Of a stretch of 64,000 bases of DNA, positions 38,201 to 47,877 are shown one piece after another. The notes under the pieces were generated by a model that worked only from the letters and a program-made list of their open reading frames with translations, searched no databases and had not been told where the DNA came from. Numbering within the stretch: the stretch's first letter is position 1; the number at the start of each line of letters is the position of its first letter. Source of the stretch: Candidatus Hermodarchaeota archaeon (GTDB lineage Archaea > Asgardarchaeota > Lokiarchaeia > Sigyniarchaeales > SOKP01); contig JBHLLP010000003.1 in assembly GCA_048885525.1 (NCBI GenBank), positions 32,001 to 96,000 of the forward strand. Direction: 5' to 3'. The position numbers and the translations under genes were made by a program.

Positions 38201-39162
38201 AATATTAGAATTCCTGGAATAAGAGCCCATTTTATAATGTTTATTAGATTTTTATAAAAGTTGGGGTGATCATTTTTTTTTATTTGAATGATATGAAAAA
38301 TTATCAATATAATTGTAAAGAGAAAAATACCTCCTATTTCTAAACTTGAGAACAAAGATTCATGTCTAAATAATGTATATAAAGAAAATACTAATAAACC
38401 AGTACCTTGTACACCAGCATAAGAAATTAAAACATTTTCATTATATTTATTTGTTAAAACTAGTACTATACTAATTATTGGGATTATCAAAAAAACAAAT
38501 TGATACCCGCCCCAACTAAGAGACAAATAGCCTAAAAAAATTCCCCCAATTACGGAATGTGTAAACTTTCCATGTTTTACTGCCTTTAGAAAGAATAAGA
38601 ATGTCATTAAAGAAGCAAAAACACCAATAGTTTCATTATCGAAAAATCCTGCGGTAGTTCGTTGTAGGAACCCCGGATTAAATGCCAAGAAAAATGCCGC
38701 AAGCAAACCAGTTGAGCGATTTAAAACTTCCTTTCCTAAAAAATAAATGACTAATACGGTTAAACCACCCATAATTGCAGGAAAGAAGTAACAAATATAA
38801 TATAATGATATAGGAATCCCAAAAAAATGAAGAATTTTATAAATAGCTACCACAGTAAAAGTTAATCCCGGTCTTAACCCTCCTCGGTAAATACCTTGAG
38901 GATTCCAACTTTTAAGATCTACCCAATTAAAATATTCATAAATAGTGTGTGTGTTTAGGTACTCCGCATTATACCATTGGATCCAAGGGTCAAAAGCTTT
39001 AATTAGAAAAGTCCCTCTTAAAATTGGACTAATTCTTAATAGGATAGTTAAAAAGACAACTAAGAATATAGCTATAAAGAACAAAATATTACGTACTTTC
39101 AATGATATTGATGTTCTGAGACGATCACGGAAATTTCTTATTGAAGCGAGGATCTTGACCAT
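35272..39162 (-). CDS. aglB: Oligosaccharyltransferase AglB/STT3 with a long extracellular C-terminal extension
   Basis: FDPW, RT.AGFFDNE, SWGGY, SIAEQ, SWWDYGY, DNAT; then ~570 aa of beta-rich repeats. Confidence 0.93.
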   Translation of the reverse strand: MVKILASIRNFRDRLRTSISLKVRNILFFIAIFLVVFLTILLRISPILRGTFLIKAFDPWIQWYNAEYLNTHTIYEYFNWVDLKSWNPQGIYRGGLRPGLTFTVVAIYKILHFFGIPISLYYICYFFPAIMGGLTVLVIYFLGKEVLNRSTGLLAAFFLAFNPGFLQRTTAGFFDNETIGVFASLMTFLFFLKAVKHGKFTHSVIGGIFLGYLSLSWGGYQFVFLIIPIISIVLVLTNKYNENVLISYAGVQGTGLLVFSLYTLFRHESLFSSLEIGGIFLFTIILIIFHIIQIKKNDHPNFYKNLINIIKWALIPGILILAVIVWIAPDVIPFGFGARFNTILSPLLRRDMALVASIAEQMPSAWSVFYYDTLIPVLLISLGIFFCFKRLNAADIFLIAFILLMYYFTGSMIRIILIFAPAAALIGAYGLVNILKIFGSFTGEKKVGVSRKRRRQLKGTVGNTEVLIVYLVIGILLYSQVTHTSLIAIQQHSYVQMVPGGVIHDWEETLTWMKANLKGTDVVVSWWDYGYWLTPIGNVTTVNDNATKNGTRIGLTGMALMQTNEIYSAKAFRRLGADYVLVYFGFLYSGLGGDEGKWTWMLQICNNHYVSYKNSGWEEDNWADNAVFDESKYHNLTNGRMEDSWFDSQLVKLMFFGEKTNPDEANHQFDKNYAQEINRRADDNGQTWKSHIPDNGLYNTIVFVPTYFSRFHMVKLYKIDYTALDSSFTIRNAEVFDSGYGTIKLQNTGKKDLTITNVKINGLEYDYVMSNESNTIEQGEEDMVWIDIESQGTTFQKDDVVSIEVDAESVATYGPYSFSNHTSNFFVKEAIPGEIRINKQNSIVIQKNQSHVDIFLEVENIGDTTTVLDRFYLNDDTIENRINETNIEYLSGALILEPGEIANVYLPDVSAIFSLTYPILYNKIGVATPNDIRDEILFTSNIESYSLSILSEERIISPEVLAALDRNFRKHIPIDFSNSYAYRYDNGSTILNIKVKNTGDLIFGLDSVYLTESLTEVDFEKWHTISTAINLESNTEDVIIIDATDYVGGDINEEILVCITGSYGTTVTSDIGYIHTIRDQEDIQIIENIDGSAVSYINANETGTLLIKNTGNAPITLVNVTINSTLSLDFSNPNEIEFLYGDSSLGIQECALIYFDIPGFQINKSNEVIAKITTNSTAEYETVFNAIVDSELYSITVDPASRIDDSDNRVTIKIVNDGQLNVTVDSIYINSTYIPLSSFTFQIGDSFVIGNLGGSITIYLNNLESFIGSISPDDKFIILARTLEGAEDTQEEIVVA

Positions 39163-39316
39163 AAGTTTTCAATCTTTACTTAATTAATAAGTATTTTTAT
39201 AACCATAATTCAATTTTGTTTATAAAAAAAATCCTTAAGATTAAAATTTATCTAACATTTTTTCTAACATTTTGTATAATTCTAAATAATCTAAAAAGAG
39301 TACTGAAAATTTTAAT

Positions 39317-40189
39317 TTGATTAAAAAAAAAGATATGATATATATGAGAAAATCAAGATTTCTCTTTAAAATTTATTACATCGGAGGTCAACAGTATCAT
39401 GGTTCTCAAAGACAAAGTGATGTTATAACAATTGAGCATTGCCTTTTAAATGCTTTAATAGAAAAAAAATATATTCAAAAACCGAATAATTCGGAATTTG
39501 AATTCGCAAGTAGAACAGATCGATTTGTTTCAGCGAGAGGGGCTTGTTTTACATGCGTAACTCAAAAAGAACCAAAATTAATGGAAATTAACAGTGTTTT
39601 ACCAAAAGATATAGGCATTTGGGCGTATTCAGAAGTACCCTTGGAATTTTCTTCAAGATATAATGCTATCTTGCGTCATTATGTATATATCGTTTCCACT
39701 CCAATATCTTATCTTCAAAATACATCGGGTTTGAACGTGGAGATAATGAAAGAAGCTTGCAAACAATTAGAAGGTCGTCATAATTTTGTTAATTTCTCAA
39801 AAAAGGAGATCGATATGATTAATACTATAAGAGATATGGATTCAGCTACACTATCAACAAAAGATGATTATCTAATTTTCCAATTTAAAAGCAAATCATT
39901 TCTTAGGCAACAAATCAGACGAATAGTTAAAAAGGTTTTGGAATTAGGAAAATACGAGATTACATATGATGATTTTTTAGAACTCTTTAATGATTCAAAA
40001 GCATTTTCTTATCAACCAGCAGATCCTAGAGGTTTAATTCTGTGGGATATAAAATTTAATGATGAAATTATGTTTATAGAAGATCAAAAATCAAAAGAAA
40101 GAAGAAATAATTTTTTCCAAACCAAGGAGCTTGAATTTGGTTTTAAACACCAGTTATTCAGAGCTTTGCAACAAAACGATTTTAGCTAG
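39317..40189 (+). CDS. truA: tRNA pseudouridine(38-40) synthase
   Basis: Y.G..YHGSQRQ, ASRTDRFVSA, RHY.Y, GRHNF..FS, SFLRQQIR. Confidence 0.92.
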   Translation: MIKKKDMIYMRKSRFLFKIYYIGGQQYHGSQRQSDVITIEHCLLNALIEKKYIQKPNNSEFEFASRTDRFVSARGACFTCVTQKEPKLMEINSVLPKDIGIWAYSEVPLEFSSRYNAILRHYVYIVSTPISYLQNTSGLNVEIMKEACKQLEGRHNFVNFSKKEIDMINTIRDMDSATLSTKDDYLIFQFKSKSFLRQQIRRIVKKVLELGKYEITYDDFLELFNDSKAFSYQPADPRGLILWDIKFNDEIMFIEDQKSKERRNNFFQTKELEFGFKHQLFRALQQNDFS

Positions 40190-41125
40190 CAAAGCTTGAA
40201 GTTGTATTTCCTCAGTCCCACCTTGACTTAATCTATATTCAAATTCAGCTAATAATTTTGATAATTCAATTTTTAAATCCTCTGGAATTTTTAGATCATA
40301 GATTTCTCTATGTAAATTCTTGATAATATTTTGTCCAGACAACCCATATTCTTTTATTAAATCATTTAAAAGCTTGATTGATAATTGTAATTGCCCTTCT
40401 ATTGCAGTGTTCAAAATTTCTTTTATTTTATCAGGAGGAACCTCTCCAGCAACGCGAAAAACGATCTCTTGATCAATTTTTTTAGATATTGTACCACATG
40501 ACTGCAAATAATTGATAGCTCGTCTACAATCACCTCGAGAAACATCTACTATAGCATTTAAGCCTCCTGGTGTTAAAGTAATACCTTCTTGTTTTGCTAC
40601 ATATTTTACTCTACTTTTTATATCATCGCCATTTAAAAAACCAAATCTGAATACAACACATCTGGATTGAATTGGTGGGATTACTTTATTAGAATAATTG
40701 CAAATTAAAACCATTCTACAGTTCTTTGTATATTTTTCCATAGTTCTTCTTAATGCTTGTTGAGCAGGTGCTGTCATATTATCCGCTTCATCTAAAATCA
40801 ATACCTTAAAAGGAATATCTATTGGAGGTCGTGCTTTCGCAAAATCTTTAATATAAGTTCTAATAACATCAATACCACGAGCATCACTAGCATTTAGTTC
40901 CAAATAAGTTCTATTTACTGCCATTTTTTGCCCATATAATTCTCTTACCATTGCTAACGCAGAAGTTGTTTTTCCTGTTCCTGCAGGACCAGCAAAAATG
41001 AGATGAGGCATAGATTTGTCTTTTATAAATTGCTTTAAGCGTTTAATAATTCCCTCTTGATTTACAACTTCATCCAACACTCTTGGTCGATATTTCTCAA
41101 CCCAAGGTCTATTCTCAAAAGACAT
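40154..41125 (-). CDS. rfcS: Replication factor C small subunit
   Basis: PWVEKYRP, GPAGTGKT, ELNASD.RGI, LDEAD, AQQALRR, IQSRC. Confidence 0.97.
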   Translation of the reverse strand: MSFENRPWVEKYRPRVLDEVVNQEGIIKRLKQFIKDKSMPHLIFAGPAGTGKTTSALAMVRELYGQKMAVNRTYLELNASDARGIDVIRTYIKDFAKARPPIDIPFKVLILDEADNMTAPAQQALRRTMEKYTKNCRMVLICNYSNKVIPPIQSRCVVFRFGFLNGDDIKSRVKYVAKQEGITLTPGGLNAIVDVSRGDCRRAINYLQSCGTISKKIDQEIVFRVAGEVPPDKIKEILNTAIEGQLQLSIKLLNDLIKEYGLSGQNIIKNLHREIYDLKIPEDLKIELSKLLAEFEYRLSQGGTEEIQLQALLAKIVLLQSSE

Positions 41126-41226
41126 ATTATTTGAGTGTGATTTAAATTTTATAAAATTATATTAAAAATTAAATTTTCTTAATTCTTTATTAATATTCAT
41201 ATCTGATAAAAAACAATAAGATTAGT

Positions 41227-42531
41227 ATGACTGATTTTAAAATAACAAAAATAAAATCCAGATGGATCCTAGATTCAAGAGGAAATCCTACTGTCGAATC
41301 AGAGGTTTTCGCAGGAAAACTCCATTCTAGAGCTGCTGTTCCCTCTGGAGCATCAACAGGTGTTTCAGAGGCACTCGAACTACGTGATGGTGGAAAATCA
41401 TTCATGGGAAAACATGTATTAAAAGCAGTTACTAATGTTAACGAAATATTAGGAAAAAAATTAATCGGATTTGATGTGAGAGAACAGACTAAAATAGATG
41501 AGGAAATGATTTCCATTGATGGAACTGAAAATAAGAGTAATTTAGGCGCTAATGCGATTTTATCTGTCTCATTAGCAATAGCTAAATTAGCTTCCCAATT
41601 ATCAGAAGTCCCATTATTTGTTCATCTCTATAATATAGCATACAAGAAGACTCGAAATGATTATTTACTCCCCCTTCCATGTTGTAATATTATTAATGGA
41701 GGTGAACATGCGGGAAACAATCTATCTATACAAGAGTTTATGGTTTTACCAGTCGGTGCCAAATCTTTCTCCCAAGCTATACAAAATGTTGCTGAAGTAT
41801 ATCAAACCTTAAAGAAATTATTAGGAAAAAGATATGGACCTTCTGCAATCAATGTGGGTGATGAAGGAGGATTTGCTCCAAATTTATCTTTCACATCAGA
41901 GGCTGTGGAGATAATTGTTGAAGCAATTGAAACAGCAGGGTTTCTTATAGGCACAGATTTTGTATTGGGAATGGATGCTGCTGCTAGTGAGTTTTTTGAG
42001 GAAGGATCTTATAATATTGATGGTAAAAAGCTTTCTGAGGAAGAATTATTAGAATATTATATGGATCTAATCCATGAATATCCTTTCAAATCAATTGAGG
42101 ACCCTTTTGATGAAAAAGATTTTAGGAACTTCTCTAATATAACTGCAAAAGTTGATAAATCTATTCAAATTGTTGATGATGATTTAACTGTTACAAATAT
42201 AAAGATTCTCGAAAGAGCAATAAAGGAAAAAGCGGGAAACGCATTATTATTAAAAGTAAATCAAATAGGAACATTAACTGAAGCTATAAAAGCTGCAAAA
42301 ATGTCTTTCGATAATGGGTTTAATGTGATGGTTTCACATCGTTCTGGTGAAACAGAAGATACATTCATTGCAGATTTAGCTGTAGGATTATGTACAGGTC
42401 AATTAAAAACCGGTGCCACATGTAGATCTGATCGAACGTCTAAATTCAATCAATTATTAAGAATCGAAGAAATCTTAGGAGATAATGCGATTTACCCTAA
42501 TAATTTAGATTCATGGAAAAAGTTTGTCTAA
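41227..42531 (+). CDS. eno: Enolase
   Basis: LDSRGNPTVE, VPSGASTG, NGGEHA, GDEGG, LLKVNQIG, SHRSGETED. Confidence 0.98.
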   Translation: MTDFKITKIKSRWILDSRGNPTVESEVFAGKLHSRAAVPSGASTGVSEALELRDGGKSFMGKHVLKAVTNVNEILGKKLIGFDVREQTKIDEEMISIDGTENKSNLGANAILSVSLAIAKLASQLSEVPLFVHLYNIAYKKTRNDYLLPLPCCNIINGGEHAGNNLSIQEFMVLPVGAKSFSQAIQNVAEVYQTLKKLLGKRYGPSAINVGDEGGFAPNLSFTSEAVEIIVEAIETAGFLIGTDFVLGMDAAASEFFEEGSYNIDGKKLSEEELLEYYMDLIHEYPFKSIEDPFDEKDFRNFSNITAKVDKSIQIVDDDLTVTNIKILERAIKEKAGNALLLKVNQIGTLTEAIKAAKMSFDNGFNVMVSHRSGETEDTFIADLAVGLCTGQLKTGATCRSDRTSKFNQLLRIEEILGDNAIYPNNLDSWKKFV

Positions 42532-43193
42532 ATAAAAATTTCATTTCTATTTATTTTTTTAATAAATCTATAAACATCAACATCAATTTCTTTTGCTTTT
42601 TTCTTATGAAATGGGAATGATTTTTCTAGAATCATTCTAAAAGGAAGAATGTTATCAATTTTCCAATTGGACTTTTCAATATAGTTTGCAATAAACTTTT
42701 TGACCTTTTTATTCGCCAAATGAATAGAATATACAATATCTGAAAAATAAAAGGCTTTTTTTAAAAATATCCTATCTGCATACTTAGTCTGTACTCCAAA
42801 TGGAGGATTCATAATAGTTGTTACTTTCATATTTTTTGGGATATGTTTATTTGAAATCTCTAAATATTCAATATCGGCACATAGAGGAAATATCCGATTT
42901 AAATCAAGTGTAAATTTATTTCGAGTTAAAATTTTTAAAGCTTTAATATCAATATCTACACTTAAAACATAGCTAGCATTGAAAAAAGCACTCACGATAG
43001 ATAATCTTCCTGTTCCAGCACCTAAATCTATAATAAATGCTTTATTAATATCATTATATTCAAATCCAGCATAATAAATTATATCTACAGCACATCTTGC
43101 ATCAATGGTATATTGTTCTAATTCAATTTTGGGATGGCTAAATGATTCGGTTTTTTGAATAATAGAGACTAATTCTTTTTTTTTAAATTTCAT
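42528..43193 (-). CDS. METTL5-family N6-adenine RNA methyltransferase
   Basis: PKIELEQY, DLGAGTG, MNPPFG, VYSIH, FHKK. Confidence 0.9.
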   Translation of the reverse strand: MKFKKKELVSIIQKTESFSHPKIELEQYTIDARCAVDIIYYAGFEYNDINKAFIIDLGAGTGRLSIVSAFFNASYVLSVDIDIKALKILTRNKFTLDLNRIFPLCADIEYLEISNKHIPKNMKVTTIMNPPFGVQTKYADRIFLKKAFYFSDIVYSIHLANKKVKKFIANYIEKSNWKIDNILPFRMILEKSFPFHKKKAKEIDVDVYRFIKKINRNEIFI

Positions 43194-43295
43194 CCTAAAA
43201 AATGTTTGCTCTTTTTAAATTAATACATTAAATTTATTTATCTTATTTAATAATATTTACTTAAGGTAGAAAGAGTTTGAGAAATTAAAAAACTA

Positions 43296-43907
43296 TTGTT
43301 GATATTATTGAGTAAGAAATCCCTCAAAAATAAGGATATTGTTTTAACTGGCCAATATTTGGGTGTAGTGGAAGAATTCCTTCCTGATAAACAATCCACA
43401 TTTACTAAGGATGGCAAAATATTCGCCAGTAAAACAGGTATGATTACTATTAATGATAAAGAGAAGAGAATTGAAATAAGTACCCATCAAGAAAAAGATA
43501 GGAAGACTGTTAAAATAGGAGATACTGTTATTGGTGTAATTCTTTTTTTAAGACAATATTCAGTTGGTATTAATTTTTTTACTATAAATAGGAAAATACA
43601 TTTCAATTCAAGTTATTTTGGAAACATACACGTATCACAGATTTCAGATAGGTACGTTGAGAAAATAAACGATGCCTTTCAAATAACAGATATAATACGT
43701 GCGAGTGTTGTAGATCAGGAGTATAATGAATACAAATTAAGTACCATTGGAAAAAATTTTGGAGTTATATATGCTGATTGTGTAATCTGTGGAAATAATC
43801 TTACAAAAATCGGATATAATAAACTGAAATGTGAACGTTGTGGAAATGTGGAGAGTAGAAAACTTGCGAATGATTTTGGAAATGTAACGAATAATTTAAG
43901 ATTTTAA
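43296..43907 (+). CDS. csl4: Exosome RNA-binding subunit Csl4
   Basis: V..G..L...EE, S1-like IHVSQI...F...DII.A, GVIYA.C..CG...C..CG..E.RKLA. Confidence 0.92.
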   Translation: MLILLSKKSLKNKDIVLTGQYLGVVEEFLPDKQSTFTKDGKIFASKTGMITINDKEKRIEISTHQEKDRKTVKIGDTVIGVILFLRQYSVGINFFTINRKIHFNSSYFGNIHVSQISDRYVEKINDAFQITDIIRASVVDQEYNEYKLSTIGKNFGVIYADCVICGNNLTKIGYNKLKCERCGNVESRKLANDFGNVTNNLRF

Positions 43908-43945
43908 AAATTATTTTTACTTCTAAAAAATTCAAGTGTATATTA

Positions 43946-44164
43946 GTGAGAAAAGTCGGGAAAAAAGTTATTTATTTTTACAATAATAGTGGTTCATTAG
44001 ATAATACAATCCAATTTCTTGAAAACATTCAGAAGAAAGTGAATTACCTCAATCTAAATGTCTCCGTTGAAGGTAAAAACATTAAAGTCACACTTTTTGG
44101 CTCAAAAGATCTCCAAAATTTGGCAACAGAAAGATTGAAGGATCTAGCAAATCGGTATTTGTAA
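43946..44164 (+). CDS. Small hypothetical protein between csl4 and rpoL
   Basis: 72-aa ORF, co-oriented in the csl4-rpoL cluster, with a beta-alpha-beta-beta-alpha pattern. Confidence 0.6.
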   Translation: MRKVGKKVIYFYNNSGSLDNTIQFLENIQKKVNYLNLNVSVEGKNIKVTLFGSKDLQNLATERLKDLANRYL

Positions 44165-44259
44165 GAAATCAGTTTTTTTTATAAAACCATAAAAAATTTA
44201 TTATATTTTATATAATTTTTATTAATGTTATCAAATCTGTAGCATTAGGAATAATAATA

Positions 44260-44754
44260 ATGGCAAAAAAAAAAGCTGTTAAACCAGAAGAAAAAGAAGA
44301 AGAGGAAATGGATGAATTTGCAGAGGAATTACTAGAAGATAGTGAAATGGATGATATTTACCCCAAATTAAAAGAAAAAAAAGAAACAAAATCAAAACCT
44401 ACTTCTCTTGAAGAAACTATTGATGAGGAAGAATTAGAATTTGAACTAGAAGAAGAAGCGAGATTTCCAGATTATAAATACCTCAATTTGAGAATTAAAA
44501 AGGGAAGTGGTGAAAATGATTATGAATTATTCATTGAAGGCCAATCACATGGATTTTGTAATATACTTATAAAACATCTATTAGATATTGAAGGTGTTAA
44601 CATAGCAGCATATAAATATACTAAAATTGAACCGGCAACAATATTCATCCGTCTTGAGAAAAAATGTGAAATTAAAGATATTTTACATAAAGGAATTGAA
44701 TTATTACGAGAAGAAGTTAGCGAGGTTCAAAAATTATTTAAAAAACTAACCTAG
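44260..44754 (+). CDS. rpoL: RNA polymerase subunit L (Rpo11) with an acidic N-terminal extension
   Basis: IEGQSHGFCNIL...LL...GV..AAY in the C-terminal half; position downstream of csl4. Confidence 0.85.
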   Translation: MAKKKAVKPEEKEEEEMDEFAEELLEDSEMDDIYPKLKEKKETKSKPTSLEETIDEEELEFELEEEARFPDYKYLNLRIKKGSGENDYELFIEGQSHGFCNILIKHLLDIEGVNIAAYKYTKIEPATIFIRLEKKCEIKDILHKGIELLREEVSEVQKLFKKLT

Positions 44755-44805
44755 CATTTTACTCTTTTTATAAAACTTTATAAGAATCCTTAATTCCATA
44801 TCTTA

Positions 44806-45258
44806 ATGGATTACGATTTTTTAATATCGGATTTAAATATTAATAAGTCACAAAAGATTATTGGGACCGATAAAGGCTTGGCTAAAATCGGAGATGCTAT
44901 TGTTAATTTAGTTTATTCTGTTGCAAAATCTGTTTTTTTAACTAAAAATAATCCAAACAACAAAATTGTTAGAACAGGAAAAAAAGTAAGTAAAAGTGTT
45001 TTAGAAGTAGCATTAAAACATGCTAATATGAAAAATTATGCAAAAACAAGAGCTGATGCTCATGATCTTGCTGATACAGTTGAAGCATTAGTAGCCTATG
45101 TTTGGTTAAGTAATAAAATGACCTTAAAGGAAATAATTAATTTTTTGGAAGAAAATCTTACTGGGGATTTATATAATAGATCTGAAGAACTTAAAAATGC
45201 AACTATAGCTTTTACAAATCTTTTAAATTATATTAAAAAATTTTTGCCAGAAAAATAA
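44806..45258 (+). CDS. Archaeal RNase III-like domain protein
   Basis: DKGLAKIGDAIVNLVYS.A, R.D.H...D.VEALVAY.WL. Confidence 0.8.
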   Translation: MDYDFLISDLNINKSQKIIGTDKGLAKIGDAIVNLVYSVAKSVFLTKNNPNNKIVRTGKKVSKSVLEVALKHANMKNYAKTRADAHDLADTVEALVAYVWLSNKMTLKEIINFLEENLTGDLYNRSEELKNATIAFTNLLNYIKKFLPEK

Positions 45259-45262
45259 AAAG

Positions 45263-45823
45263 ATGAAAGATAATCCCATAACAATTGGATTCGATGATGC
45301 AAATTTTGATTTTCAATCAGAAATCAAATATACTCAATTAATTGGGGTTATTTGTCAAGGTACAAGAATGGTTAGTGTTTTACGAGATAAAATCATGATA
45401 GATGGGGATGATGCAACAGAAACCTTAATAAATTTGGCAAAAAAAAATGAAAAACACCTACAATATATTTTAACCCACACAATAACCTTTGGTGGATTTA
45501 ATCTTATAAATCTAGAGAAAATAAATTCTGAAATCCAAAAACCTATTATTGCTATAACTGAAAGAGAAGTAGATATTGACATAGTAACAAAGGCTCTTAA
45601 AAGCAAATTCCCTAAAACATATAAAAACAAATTTAGATGCATTATTGATGCTGGAAATTTATATGAAACGGAAATAATTACTGCAGGGGGGATGTCAAAA
45701 TTATTTTTCCATTGTAAAGGTATTGAAATTAAAGAAGTGGAATCTCTTTTAAAAAAAATTTGTATAGACTCCAAATTACCAGAATCAGTCAGAATGGCAC
45801 ATCTAATTGGAAAACTATTTTAA
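45263..45823 (+). CDS. DUF99/UPF0215 family protein (endonuclease V-like fold)
   Basis: IGFDD, IDGDDAT, ITFGGFN.I, KPI.A, PE..R.AHLI. Confidence 0.85.
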   Translation: MKDNPITIGFDDANFDFQSEIKYTQLIGVICQGTRMVSVLRDKIMIDGDDATETLINLAKKNEKHLQYILTHTITFGGFNLINLEKINSEIQKPIIAITEREVDIDIVTKALKSKFPKTYKNKFRCIIDAGNLYETEIITAGGMSKLFFHCKGIEIKEVESLLKKICIDSKLPESVRMAHLIGKLF

Positions 45824-45839
45824 ATTTTAAAATTGGGCT

Positions 45840-46313
45840 TTAATCTTCCTCAATTTCATACTCTAAAATTTCACGGATTCTATCTCGTAAATCCGATCTT
45901 ATTGCAGACATTCCATATGTAGTAACACCCAACTTCTTCTGAACTTTTTTTGCGCTTAAAGCCTGAGGAAGATCTTGTTTATTTGCTATAGCAATAATTT
46001 TAGTGTTCATATAGCGTGAAAACTTATCATATATTTCTTTAGTCCTTTCAATGTTATCTTCTGTAGAATCACATACTAAAACCGCTAAACCCGTTCCCCT
46101 AATAAAATCTTGCCACATGAACCTAAACCGTTCTTGGCCTCCAAAATCCCAAATATTTACTTTTTTGCCATTAAGAACCGAGTCTTCAATTTCTAACCCT
46201 ACTGTTGGATTTGTATCTTTCGATATTTCTCGACCTTGGAGCAAGCTTAACAGTGATGATTTTCCAACACTACTCAACCCTAAAAAGCAAATTTTTGTTT
46301 TAGTTGAAAGAAC
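45840..46313 (-). CDS. Arf-like small GTPase; true 5' end uncertain (see findings)
   Basis: KICFLGLSSVGKSS (G1), PTVG, WDFGGQ.RFR.MW, ANKQDL, SA. The ORF-track start at 46277 lies inside the P-loop. Confidence 0.8.
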   Translation of the reverse strand, partial: VLSTKTKICFLGLSSVGKSSLLSLLQGREISKDTNPTVGLEIEDSVLNGKKVNIWDFGGQERFRFMWQDFIRGTGLAVLVCDSTEDNIERTKEIYDKFSRYMNTKIIAIANKQDLPQALSAKKVQKKLGVTTYGMSAIRSDLRDRIREILEYEIEED

Positions 46314-46569
46314 TTTAAATCAACCTTCTCTAAATAGAAGTTTCTTAAGTAGAAAAGGCAAATTAAGCTTCAAAAAAGATAATAATATTCGTATATCATA
46401 AGAATACTATAATATAATACAAAGAAAATGTAATTTGAAATCAAAAAGGTTAACATTAATGTTGTTTTAAATATGCTTTTTGATTCATTTAATGAACTTA
46501 ATAAATAGACTTAAAAAAATAATCAATTAAAAATAAGAATATAATAAAAAATTTCAAGATAGGATTAAT

Positions 46570-47877
46570 TTAGGCTCCTGTGTTAATTTCCTTGACAATT
46601 CCCACGGCTACGGTTCTTCCCATATCACGGACAGCAAACCGACCCATTTCTGGAAAAGCTTCATATTTTTCAAGACACATTTTCTTGATAGGACTTAACT
46701 CTACAAGAGCAGATTCATTTTTCTTAAGAAACTTTGGTGAATCCTCAATCACAGCCCCTGTCTTTTGATCCATCTTTTTAAGTAGGCTGGTGAATTTAGC
46801 AGCAACCTGTGCTGTATGTGCGTGAATTACGGGAGTATAACCTTGCGCAAGTGCTGTGGGGTGCCAAATAACAATAATCTGTCCAGTCCATTTCCCTTTA
46901 GGGGTAATCACTGTTGGTGGATCACTTGGATGACCTAAACAATCTCCTCTACTTGCATCTGCCATTGTAATTCCTCGGATACTAAATCCTACGTTGTCTC
47001 CTGGTATGGCTTGTGGAATCTCTTCATGATGCATTTCAATACTTCGAACCTCCCCCTGAAAACCAGTTGGCATTATTATTATTTTATCTCCCTTCTTTAA
47101 AATTCCAGTTTCTACTCGACCAACAGGGACAACTCCTGTTCCTTTAATTCTATAAGCATCTTGAATGGGAAGCCTTAGGGGTTTACCAGTTGGCTTTTCT
47201 GGAAGAACAAATTGATCTATAGCATCAATCAGGGTTGGACCATCATACCAAGGCATCTTGTCACTTTTCCTTGAAAGGTTTTCCATTTGCATACCAGAAG
47301 TAGGGACAAAGGGTACTTCCTTAAGCTTAAAACCAATGTTTTTTAGAAGATCTCCAACAGCATCCTTACATTCATTGAATCTTCCCTCAGAATAATCATA
47401 AACATCAGCTTTATTAACTGCAACAACCATTTGTTTTACACCTAATGTTTGTGCCAAGTAAGCATGTTCACGAGTCTGTCCATTAGCAGCGATCCCAACT
47501 TCCATTTCACCTTTCTTCCCAGAGACAACTAAGATAGCAGCATCTGCCTGAGACGCACCAGTTATCATATTTTTTACGAAATCCGCATGGCCAGGTGCGT
47601 CAATGATGGTGAAATATTTTGATTTAGTCTCAAATTTTCTAAATGCTAAGTCAATTGTGATACCTCGTTGCCTCTCCTCTTTTAATCTGTCAAAAACAAA
47701 GGCATAAGACCAAGATTCTCTATCATATTCCTTAGCTAATTTTTCTAACTCACGTGCTTCTCTATCAGTAACTGCTCCTGTCTCAATAAGCATTGCTCCC
47801 ATCATGGTTGATTTACCGTGGTCAATGTGTCCAATAATCACAAGATTCAGATGTTCCTTTTCGACCATTTTCATCAA
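46570..47877 (-). CDS. tuf: Translation elongation factor 1-alpha
   Basis: GHIDHGKST, ERQRGITID, DAPGHADFVKNMITG, NKAD, GRFAVRDMG. Confidence 0.98.
   Translation of the reverse strand: MMKMVEKEHLNLVIIGHIDHGKSTMMGAMLIETGAVTDREARELEKLAKEYDRESWSYAFVFDRLKEERQRGITIDLAFRKFETKSKYFTIIDAPGHADFVKNMITGASQADAAILVVSGKKGEMEVGIAANGQTREHAYLAQTLGVKQMVVAVNKADVYDYSEGRFNECKDAVGDLLKNIGFKLKEVPFVPTSGMQMENLSRKSDKMPWYDGPTLIDAIDQFVLPEKPTGKPLRLPIQDAYRIKGTGVVPVGRVETGILKKGDKIIIMPTGFQGEVRSIEMHHEEIPQAIPGDNVGFSIRGITMADASRGDCLGHPSDPPTVITPKGKWTGQIIVIWHPTALAQGYTPVIHAHTAQVAAKFTSLLKKMDQKTGAVIEDSPKFLKKNESALVELSPIKKMCLEKYEAFPEMGRFAVRDMGRTVAVGIVKEINTGA

Noticed and set aside
39251-39272. Direct repeat TCTAACATTT x2 between aglB and truA
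   Set aside because: Only two 10-bp copies in AT-rich DNA; no further support.
40154-40189. Convergent overlap of truA and rfcS (also eno and the METTL5-like gene at 42528-42531)
   Set aside because: Short 3' overlaps are common in compact archaeal genomes.
40154-41125. Inteins in the usual host genes (rfcS, aIF5B, UvrA/UvrB, RNR-like gene)
   Set aside because: Lengths are normal, and no C/S...HN splice motifs or LAGLIDADG blocks were seen. The Taw1 insert also lacks intein termini.
46570-47877. Raised GC of the EF-1alpha gene as a sign of transfer
   Set aside because: Typical archaeal EF-1alpha; codon bias of a highly expressed gene explains it.
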